From: Camelus dromedarius
Lineage: Eukaryota
DNA length: 64,000 nt
NCBI RefSeq assembly: GCF_036321535.1
Contig: NC_087437.1
Coordinates: forward strand, 2,108,001-2,172,000
Reading direction: 5' to 3'
Shown here one piece after another: positions 1-9,600 of this stretch; position 1 is the stretch's first letter; every line of letters begins with the position of its first letter. Under the pieces are notes generated by a model, which saw only the letters and a program-made list of their open reading frames with translations, made no database searches and had not been told where the DNA came from. The translations under genes and the position numbers were made by a program.

Positions 1-170
1 TGGCGGTGGCGCCTACACAGAGGGAAGAAGAGGGATGCACGGGCTGTCCAGGGAAGCCTGTGGATTTCCATCCAGTGTCCCCCTCGGCGTGCAATAAGGG
101 CGCCCTCTGCTGCTTCAGGGTGGGATTTGGCATCCCTCCAGCTGGGCCTAATAAAGGGAGGCTTCCTCCA
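1..170. repeat. Partial (3' end) class C GC block
   Basis: Matches 5545-5714 except GGCATCCCT versus GGCAACCCT. Confidence 0.95.
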
Positions 171-823
171 TTAGAGAGAGAGACATAAAATAGACAGACA
201 GACACACTAGCCTCTTCCTCCATTTAGAAACACCCATATGTCTTAACCTTCTCCTCCTAATCCATTATATAGGTAGACAGATACATACATAGACAGACAG
301 ACAGACAGACACACACACACACACAAACCCAAACCCACACACAACCTTCCCTCCTACCAGTCCTCAATTAAGTAGGTAGAGAGACACACTAATCGCCTTC
401 TCCATTAGATAATAAACAGACAAACGGTATAGACTATTTCTACTCCTCATTTAGATAGATGGAATGTGAGACTGACGCATTCACACACTAGCCTCTACCT
501 TCTCCTGTTAGAGAGACAGACAGATAGCCAGACTCATGAAATCCTCCATCTTCTCCATTAGATATACATAGAGAAATCTCTAAGATGCACAGTGAGACAA
601 ACACTAGTCTTCTCCTCCTCTGACAGGCCGAGGGATAGATAATCAAGCCTCCTCATTCTTTTCCATTAGGTATAGTTACATACATACATATCTGATAATA
701 GACAGCCAGACAGACATACTAGCCTACTCTTCCTCCATCAGATACATACATAGACTGATAGACAGATACAGTAGGCTCCTCCCCCTTTAGATACAGATAC
801 ATAGATAGACATCCCCACGAGCC

Positions 824-864
<41 letters not shown>

Positions 865-1134
865 GCCTTCTCCTCTTCCTCAAAGAGCTAGATAGTTATA
901 TAGACACACTAAAATTCTACTCCAACAGACAGAATTTTAAATGACACACTATCTTACTGCTATGCCTCCCCACATAGATAGATAGCTAGCCAGATCGATA
1001 GAGAGGCAGGCAAATAGAGAGTCATACTAGTCGCCTCCTCCTCCGTTGGAGAGACAGACAGACACACACATAGTCTAGCTTCAACCATCCTCCAATAGAT
1101 AGTCATTCAGGCAAGCAGTCAAACAGACAGACAC
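171..1134. repeat. Low-complexity spacer type alpha (representative copy; always lies between C and A)
   Basis: Degenerate ~40-bp units such as ACACACTAGCCTCTTCCTCCATTTAGA and CATACTAGCCTACTCTTCCTCCATCAGATAC. Near-identical copies precede every A block. Boundaries approximate. Confidence 0.93.
824..863. repeat. CA(CG)4(CA)15 alternating purine-pyrimidine microsatellite (one per alpha spacer)
   Basis: CACGCGCGCG followed by (CA)15, read directly. Same length at 6368-6407. Confidence 0.95.
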
Positions 1135-1816
1135 ACCAGAGGCGGGGTGCCGTCTGCCTACCTGGTTCGGCGGCGGGGCCCGGGGAAGAGGGTGCCCCTG
1201 GTGAACCAGAGGATTTTCTCCCATGTCCCTAGCTGCCTTGCCTCTGGGCGGCCTCCGCTAACCCAAGTTCGCCGGACGCAAGCCTTTGAAGTCAGCCTGC
1301 TCCTGGGAGCCGGCGAGGTAAGGACAGGGGAAGTGGTCAGCGGCAGACACGGAGGCGGCCCAGAACGCAAGAGGGATGCCTCGGCGAGTCGGTCATTTTC
1401 CTACCATCCCCCCTCTCCTGGCCTCGGGGCGGCCTCTGCTACCGCAGGTGTGCGGCAATTAATTCTCCTTGTCAGCCAGGTCCTGGGAGTCTGTCCAGGT
1501 GAGCCCAAGGGACACGGACGTCGCGGGGAGCGGACTGCCTCGGGTTAGCCGATCAGTTTGCTCCCATCCCCACAAGCGCCTGGCCTGGGGGCGGCCTGTC
1601 CTGCGCCAGGTTCAGAGTATGCACGTTTCCAGCTCAGCCAGCCCACCCGAGGCCGGCGCGCTGTGATCAGGGTCTGCAATGAGAAGTCGGGGCTGACTCA
1701 CCGAGCCCGTGTATTTGTTCAGATCTCCCTCTTGGCTGGTCCTGGGCTAGGCCTCTACTACCCTAGGTCCACGAGGTGCTCATCTCTGTGTTTTTCAGCT
1801 CCGGGGAAGCGAGTGC

Positions 1817-1864
1817 GGGGTGGTCAGGGGGCGGGGAGGGGGCGGGGCGGGGGCGGGGCGGGGG
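1817..1864 (+). promoter_or_regulatory. G-run cluster with tandem GC boxes (GGGGCGGGG) and G-quadruplex potential; homologous tract in every monomer
   Basis: GGGGTGGTCAGGGGGCGGGGAGGGGGCGGGGCGGGGGCGGGGCGGGGG has eight runs of at least 4 G. The motif is seen directly; function is untested. Confidence 0.6.
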
Positions 1865-1954
1865 CAGCTACAGAGAGGGCTGAAGCGGGATGCACGGGCT
1901 GCCCAGGCAAGCCTGCGGATTTCCATCCAGTGTCCCCCTCGGCCTGCAATGCGG

Positions 1955-1968
1955 GCGCCCTCTGCTGC
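1955..1968 (-). promoter_or_regulatory. CTCF-like core motif GCAGCAGAGGGCGC (all A and C monomers, e.g. 100-113, 1955-1968, 5644-5657)
   Basis: Plus strand reads GCGCCCTCTGCTGC. Its reverse complement fits the CTCF consensus CCASYAGRKGGCRS at 13 of 14 positions by eye. Confidence 0.6.
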
Positions 1969-2030
1969 TTCAGGGTGGCAATTGGCATCCCTCCAGGTGG
2001 GTCGAGTACTGGGAGGCTTCCTCCTTTAGA

Positions 2031-2990
2031 CAGACAGAGAGACAAATAAAGAGACAGACAGACACACTAGCCTCTTCATCCATTGAGAAACAGCCGTATA
2101 TCCTAACCTCCTCCTCCTCATTCATTATATAGGTAGACAGATACATATATAGACAGACACACACACACACATACACACACTAGCCTCTTCCTACTCCTCA
2201 ATTAAGTAGGTAGAGAGACACACTATTCTCCTCCTCCATTAGATAATAGATAGACAAACTTAATACATTTTTCTCCTCCTCCATTAGATAGATGGAAAGT
2301 GAGATTGACCGATACACCCAGTAGCCGCTACCTTCTCCTGTTAGAGATACCGAGAGATAGCCAGACACATGGGATTATTTCTTCTTCTCCATTTGATATA
2401 GATAGAGACACACTCACAGACACACAGACAGACACACTACTCTTCTCCTGCTCTGACAGACAGAGAGATAGCCACTCCAGCCTCCTCCTTCTTCTCGAAT
2501 ACATACAGCTGCATAGATAGATATCTCCTATATAGACAGACAGACTTACTAGCTTACTCCTCGTCCATTCGATGCACACATAGACTGTTAGACAGACACA
2601 GTAGCCTCTTCCCCTCTTTGTTACACATACTTTGATAGAGAGACCGCACGCACACACACACACACACACACACATACACACAGGCTAGCATCCTCCTCTT
2701 CCTCAAATAGGTAGATAGGGAGATAGAAACACTAAATTCCTCCTCCAACAGACAAACAAATAAAAAGAAACACTTGCCTACTGCTGTGCCTGCACCTCAT
2801 AGGTCGATTTTTACACAGATTGATAGATACACAGATAGATAGAGAGATAGATAGATAGAGAGGCAGGCAAATGGAGAGACATAATATTCGCCTCCTCATC
2901 CAGTAGCTATATAGACAGACACACACATAGTCTAGCCTCTCGCATCCTCCAATAGATAGACAATCAGCCAGGCAGTCACACATTCTGACA
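2031..2990. repeat. Low-complexity spacer type beta (follows A or B; subtypes beta1 and beta2)
   Basis: Same ~40-bp degenerate unit as alpha, colinear with it but clearly diverged. Contains CCGCACG(CA)8-12TACACACAGG. Confidence 0.93.
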
Positions 2991-3870
2991 CACGTGAGGC
3001 GGTGTGCAGTCTGGGATTGGGCTTCAGCGGCGGCGACCGGGGACAGGTGTGCCACTGGCGAGCCATAGGACTTTATCCCATGTCCTTAGCTGCCTTGCCT
3101 GGGGGCGGCCCCCGCTCCCCCAAATTCGACGGACTGAAGCTTTCAAGTTAGCCTGCTCGTGGCAGCAGGCGTTGTAAGGAAAGTGGAAGAGGTGAGCGGC
3201 AGCTCCGGAAGCGGCAGAGCATCTAAGGGGGATGCCTTGGCGAATCGGTCATTTTCCTCCCATTTCCCCCTCTCCTGGCCTCGGGGCAGCCTCTGCTACC
3301 CCAGGAGTGCGGGATTTAGTTGTCCTTGTCAGCCAGGTCCTAGGAAGCTGTCGAGGTGTGCTCAGGGGACAGGGATGTCGCTTCTAGAGGACTGCCTCGG
3401 GTGAGCCGATCAGTTTGCTCCCATCTCCACAAGCGCCTGGCCTGGGGGCGGCCTCTCCTTCCCCAGGTTCGCAGTATGCATGTTTCCAGCTCAGCCTGTG
3501 CCCTTAGGCAGGCGCGGTGTTCTTAGGGGCTGCATTGAGGAGGCGGGGCTGCTCCACCGAGCCCGTGTATTTGCACAGATCTCCCCGTTGACCGGTCCTA
3601 GGGTTGGTCTCTGCTACCCTAGGTACACGATGTACACATCTCGTTGTTTTCCGGCCCCCGGGAGGCAAGTGCGGGGTGGTCAGGGGGCGGGGGGGGGTGG
3701 CGTTGGTGCCTACACAGAGGGAGGAAGAGGGATGCACGGGCTATCCAGGGAAGCCTGTGGATTTCCATCCAGTGTCCCCCTCGGCGTGCAATGAGGGCAC
3801 CCTCTGCTTCTTCAGGGTGGGATTTGGCATCCCTCCAGCTGGGCCTAATAAAGGGAGGCTTCCTCCATTA
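2991..3870. repeat. Class B GC block (representative; 13 copies, marker ORFs at 3159, 8706, 21664, 23505, 29048, 34590, 40134, 41977, 43818, 45660, 51203, 53045, 58589)
   Basis: Diagnostics: GGTGAGCGG, CTACCCCAGG, GGGATGTCGC, a pure poly-G tract, and GGCACCCTCTGC. Confidence 0.93.
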
Positions 3871-4829
3871 GACAGACAGAGAGACATATAAAGAGACAGA
3901 CAGACACACTAGCCTCTTCATCCATTGAGAAACAGCCGTATATCCTAACCTCCTCCTCCTCATTCATTATATAGGTAGGCAGATACATATATAGACAGAC
4001 ACACACACACACATACACACACTAGCCTCTTCCTACTCCTCAATTATGTAGGTAGAGAGACACACTAATCTCCTCCTCCATTAGATAATACATAGACAAA
4101 CTTAATACATTTTTCTCCTCCTCCATTAGATAGATGGAAAGTGAGATTGACCGATACACCCAGTAGCCGCTACCTTCTCCTGTTAGAGATACCGAGAGAT
4201 AGCCAGACACATGGGATTATTTCTTCTTCTCCATTTGATATAGATAGAGACACACTCACAGACACACAGACAGACAGACACACTACTCTTCTCCTGCTCT
4301 GACAGACAGAGAGATAGACACTCTAGCCTCCTCCTTCTTCTCGAATACATACAGCTGCATAGATAGATATCTCATATATAGACAGACAGACTTACTAGCT
4401 TACTCCTCGTCCATTCGATGCACACATAGACTGTTAGACAGACACAGTAGCCTCTTCCCCTTTTTGTTACACATACTTTGATAAAGAGACCCGCACGCAC
4501 ACACACACACACATACACACAGGCTAGCATCCTCCTCTTCCTCAAGTAGGTAGATAGGGAGATAGAAACACTAAATTCCTGCTCCGACAGACACACAAAT
4601 AAAAAGACACACTTGCCTACTGCTGTGCCTGAACTACATAGGTCGATTTTTACACAGATTGATAGATACACAGATAGATAGAGAGATAGATAGGTAGAGA
4701 GGCAGGCAAATGGAGAGACATAATTTTCGCCTCCTCCTCCAGTAGATATATAGACAGACACACACATAGTCTAGCCTCTCGCATCCTCCAATAGATAGAC
4801 AATCAGCCAGGCAGTCAGACAGACTGACA

Positions 4830-5715
4830 CACGTGAGGCGCTGTGCAGTTTGGGGTTGGGTTTCAGCGGCGTCCACCGGGGACAGTTGTGCCCCTGGCGA
4901 GTCATAGGATTTTATCCCATGTCCCTAGCTGCCTTGCCTGCGGGCGGCCCCCGCTCCCCCAAATTCGACGAACTGAAGCTTTCAAGTTAGCCTGCTCGTG
5001 GCAGCAGGCGTTGTAAGGAAAGTGGAAGAGGTCAGCGGCAGCTCCGGAAGCGGCAGAGCATCTAAGGGGGATGCCTTGGCGAATCGGTCATTTTCCTCCC
5101 ATTTCCCCCTCTCCTGGCCTCGGGGCAGCCTCTGCTACCGCAGGAGTGCGGGATTTCGTTGTCCTTCTCAGCCAGGTCCTAGGAAGCTGTCGAGGTGTGC
5201 TCAGGGAACAGGGATTTTACTTCTAGAGGACTGCCTCGGGTGAGCCGATCAGTTTGCTCCCATCTCCAAAAGCGCCTGGCCTGGGGGCGGCCTCTCCTTC
5301 CCCAGGTTCCCAGTATGCATGTTTCCAGCTCAGCCTGTGCCCTTAGGCAGGCGCGGTGTTCTTAGGGGCTGCATTGAGGAGGCGGGGCTGCTCCACCGAG
5401 CCCGTGTATTTGCACAGATCTCCCCGTTGACCGGTCCTAGGGTTGGTCTCTGCTACCCTAGTTACACGATGTACACATCTCGGTGTTTTCCGGCTCCCGG
5501 GAGGCAAGTGCGGGGTGGTCAGGGGGCGGGGTGGGGGGTTGGAGTGGCGGTGGCGCCTACACAGAGGGAAGAAGAGGGATGCACGGGCTGTCCAGGGAAG
5601 CCTGTGGATTTCCATCCAGTGTCCCCCTCGGCGTGCAATAAGGGCGCCCTCTGCTGCTTCAGGGTGGGATTTGGCAACCCTCCAGCTGGGCCTAATAAAG
5701 GGAGGCTTCCTCCAT
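4830..5715. repeat. Class C GC block (representative; 10 copies, marker ORFs at 4998, 10546, 14254, 17962, 25346, 30888, 36432, 47501, 54887, 60431)
   Basis: Diagnostics: GGTCAGCGG, CTACCGCAGG, GGGATTTTAC, GGGGTGGGGGGTTGGAGTGG, and AATAAGGGCGCCCTCTGC. Confidence 0.93.
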
Positions 5716-6367
5716 TAGAGAGAGAGACATAAAATAGACAGACAGACACACTAGCCTCTTCCTCCATTTAGAAACACCCATATGTCTTAACCTTCTCCTC
5801 CTAATCCATTATATAGGTAGACAGATACATACATAGACAGACAGACAGACACACACACACACACACACAAACCCAAACCCACACACAACCTTCCCTCCTA
5901 CCAGTCCTCAATTAAGTAGGTAGAGAGACACACTAATCGCCTTCTCCATTAGATAATAAACAGACAAACGGTATAGACTATTTCTACTCCTCATTTAGAT
6001 AGATGGAATGTGAGACTGACGCATTCACACACTAGCCTCTACCTTCTCCTGTTAGAGAGACAGACAGATAGCCAGACTCATGAAATCCTCCATCTTCTCC
6101 ATTAGATATACATAGAGAAATCTCTAAGATGCACAGTGAGACAAACACTAGTCTTCTCCTCCTCTGACAGGCCGAGGGATAGATAATCAAGCCTCCTCAT
6201 TCTTTTCCATTAGGTATAGTTACATACATACATATCTGATAATAGACAGCCAGACAGACATACTAGCCTACTCTTCCTCCATCAGATACATACATAGACT
6301 GATAGACAGATACAGTAGGCTCCTCCCCCTTTAGATACAGATACATAGATAGACATCCCCACGAGCC

Positions 6368-6408
<41 letters not shown>

Positions 6409-6678
6409 GCCTTCTCCTCTTCCTCAAAGAGCTAGATAGTTATATAGACACACTAAAATTCTACTCCAACAGACAGAATTTTAAATGACACACTATCTTA
6501 CTGCTATGCCTCCCCACATAGATAGATAGCTAGCCAGATCGATAGAGAGGCAGGCAAATAGAGAGTCATACTAGTCGCCTCCTCCTCCGTTGGAGAGACG
6601 GACAGACACACACATAGTCTAGCTTCAACCATCCTCCAATAGATAGTCATTCAGGCAAGCAGTCAAACAGACAGACAC

Positions 6679-9600
6679 ACCAGAGGCGGGGTGCCGTCTG
6701 CCTACCTGGTTCGGCGGCGGGGCCCGGGGAAGAGGGTGCCCCTGGTGAACCAGAGGATTTTCTCCCATGTCCCTAGCTGCCTTGCCTCTGGGCGGCCTCC
6801 GCTAACCCAAGTTCGCCGGACGCAAGCCTTTGAAGTCAGCCTGCTCCTGGGAGCCGGCGAGGTAAGGACAGGGGAAGTGGTCAGCGGCAGACACGGAGGC
6901 GGCCCAGAACGCAAGAGGGATGCCTCGGCGAGTCGGTCATTTTCCTACCATCCCCCCTCTCCTGGCCTCGGGGCGGCCTCTGCTACCGCAGGTGTGCGGC
7001 AATTAATTCTCCTTGTCAGCCAGGTCCTGGGAGTCTGTCCAGGTGAGCCCAAGGGACACGGACGTCGCGGGGAGCGGACTGCCTCGGGTTAGCCGATCAG
7101 TTTGCTCCCATCCCCACAAGCGCCTGGCCTGGGGGCGGCCTGTCCTGCGCCAGGTTCAGAGTATGCACGTTTCCAGCTCAGCCAGCCCACCCGAGGCCGG
7201 CGCGCTGTGATCAGGGTCTGCAATGAGAAGTCGGGGCTGACTCACCGAGCCCGTGTATTTGTTCAGATCTCCCTCTTGGCTGGTCCTGGGCTAGGCCTCT
7301 ACTACCCTAGGTCCACGAGGTGCTCATCTCTGTGTTTTTCAGCTCCGGGGAAGCGAGTGCGGGGTGGTCAGGGGGCGGGGAGGGGGCGGGGCGGGGGCGG
7401 GGCGGGGGCAGCTACAGAGAGGGCTGAAGCGGGATGCACGGGCTGCCCAGGCAAGCCTGCGGAATTCCATCCAGTGTCCCCCTCGGCCTGCAATGCGGGC
7501 GCCCTCTGCTGCTTCAGGGTGGCAATTGGCATCCCTCCAGGTGGGTCGAGTACTGGGAGGCTTCCTCCTTTAGACAGACAGAGAGACAAATAAAGAGACA
7601 GACAGACACACTAGCCTCTTCATCCATTGAGAAACAGCCGTATATCCTAACCTCCTCCTCCTCATTCATTATATAGGTAGACAGATACATATATAGACAG
7701 ACACACACACACACATACACACACTAGCCTCTTCCTACTCCTCAATTAAGTAGGTAGAGAGACACACTAATCTCCTCCTCCTTTAGATAATACATAGACA
7801 AACTTAATACATTTTTCTCCTCCTCCATTAGATAGATGGAAAGTGAGATTGACCGATACACCCAGTAGCCGCTACCTTCTCCTGTTAGAGATACCGAGAG
7901 ATAGCCAGACACATGGGATTATTTCTTCTTCTCCATTTGATATAGATAGAGACACACTCACAGACACACAGACAGACAGACACACTACTCTTCTCCTGCT
8001 CTGACAGACAGAGAGATAGACACTCTAGCCTCCTCCTTCTTCTCGAATACATACAGCTGCATAGATAGATATCTCCTATATAGACATACAGACTTACTAG
8101 CTTACTCCTCGTCCATTCGATGCACACATAGACTGTTAGACAGACACAGTAGCCTCTTCCCCTCTTTGTTACACATACTTTGATAAAGAGACCCGCACGC
8201 ACACACACACACACACACACATACACACAGGCTAGCATCCTCCTCTTCCTCAAATAGGTAGATAGGGAGATAGAAACACTAAATTCCTCCTCCAACAGAC
8301 AAACAAATAAAAAGAAACACTTGCCTACTGCTGTGCCTGCACCTCATAGGTCGATTTTTACACAGATTGATAGATACACAGATAGATAGAGAGATAGATA
8401 GATAGAGAGGCAGGCAAATGGAGAGACATAATATTCGCCTCCTCATCCAGTAGCTATATAGACAGACACACACATAGTCTAGCCTCTCGCATCCTCCAAT
8501 AGATAGACAATCAGCCAGGCAGTCACACATTCTGACACACGTGAGGCGGTGTGCAGTCTGGGGTTGGGCTTCAGCGGCGCCGACCGGGGACAGGTGTGCC
8601 ACTGGCGAGCCATAGGACTTTATCCCATGTCCCTAGCTGCCTTGCCTGGGGGCGGCCCCCGCTCCCCCAAATTCGACGGACTGAAGCTTTCAAGTTAGCC
8701 TGCTCGTGGCAGCAGGCGTTGTAAGGAAAGTGGAAGAGGTGAGCGGCAGCTCCGGAAGCGGCAGAGCATCTAAGGGGGATGCCTCGGCGAATCGGTCATT
8801 TTCCTCCCATTTCCCCCTCTCCTGGCCTCGGGGCAGCCTCTGCTACCCCAGGAGTGCGGGATTTCGTTGTCCTTGTCAGCCAGGTCCTAGGAAGCTGTCG
8901 AGGTGTGCTCAGGGGACAGGGATGTCGCTTCTAGAGGACTGCCTCGGGTGAGCCGATCAGTTTGCTCCCATCTCCACAAGCGCCTGGCCTGGGGGCGGCC
9001 TCTCCTTCCCCAGGTTCGCAGTATGCATGTTTCCAGCTCAGCCTGTGCCCTTAGGCAGGCGCGGTGTTCTTAGGGGCTGCATTGAGGAGGCGGGGCTGCT
9101 CCACCGAGCCCGTGTATTTGCACAGATCTCCCCGTTGACCGGTCCTAGGGTTGGTCTCTGCTACCCTAGGTACACGATGTACACATCTCGTTGTTTTCCG
9201 GCCCCCGGGAGGCAAGTGCGGGGTGGTCAGGGGGCGGGGGGGGGGTGGCGTTGGCGCCTACACAGAGGGAGGAAGAGGGATGCACGGGCTATCCAGGGAA
9301 GCCTGTGGATTTCCATCCAGTGTCCCCCTCGGCGTGCAATGATGGCACCCTCTGCTGCTTCAGGGTGACAATTGGCATCCCTCCAGCTGGGCCTAATAAA
9401 GGGAGGCTTCCTCCATTAGACAGACAGAGAGACATATAAAGAGACAGACAGACACACTAGCCTCTTCATCCATTGAGAAACAGCCGTATATCCTAACCTC
9501 CTCCTCCTCATTCATTATATAGGTAGGCAGATACATATATAGACAGACACACACACACACATACACACACTAGCCTCTTCCTACTCCTCAATTATGTAGG

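Larger units (their letters stand above)
1135..2030. repeat. Class A GC/CpG-rich block (representative; 11 copies, starting ~1135, 6679, 12227, 15935, 19643, 27027, 32569, 38113, 49182, 56568, 62112)
   Basis: Identical marker ORF starts at 1147, 6691, 12239, 15947, 19655, 27039, 32581, 38125, 49194, 56580, 62124. CpG-dense. Lacks the AAGCTT and TCTAGA sites found in B/C. Confidence 0.95.
1135..6678. repeat. HOR 1: 3-mer A-B-C (5544 bp)
   Basis: A-to-A distance 6691-1147. Confidence 0.95.

Noticed and set aside
325..337. Telomere-like AAACCCAAACCC (and GGGGTTGGGTTT in B/C)
   Set aside because: Only two imperfect units, not TTAGGG arrays.
171..1134. CRISPR-like repeat-spacer array in the ~40-bp periodic region
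   Set aside because: Units are degenerate and low-complexity, the intervening sequences are not unique, there are no cas genes, and the context is eukaryotic.
1826..1834. Second CTCF-like site at GGTCAGGGGGCG (and GTGCCCCTGGTG at 1192-1203)
   Set aside because: Only partial core matches with mismatched 5' positions or a missing G; expected by chance in G-rich sequence.
1195..2000. Alpha satellite, given the ~170-bp sub-periodicity and HOR structure
   Set aside because: The subunits are GC-rich, variable in length, and show no alphoid similarity that I can see.
1135..2030. rDNA, 5S, tRNA or snRNA gene unit inside the monomer
   Set aside because: I could not find any recognisable 5S, 18S/28S, U1/U2 or tRNA sequence on either strand. 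An Infernal/Rfam scan would be definitive.
2100..2125. Human PRDM9-A 13-mer hotspot motif in CCTCCTCCTCC runs
   Set aside because: The runs I checked do not fit CCNCCNTNNCCNC, the species and allele are unknown, and the low complexity makes matches uninformative.
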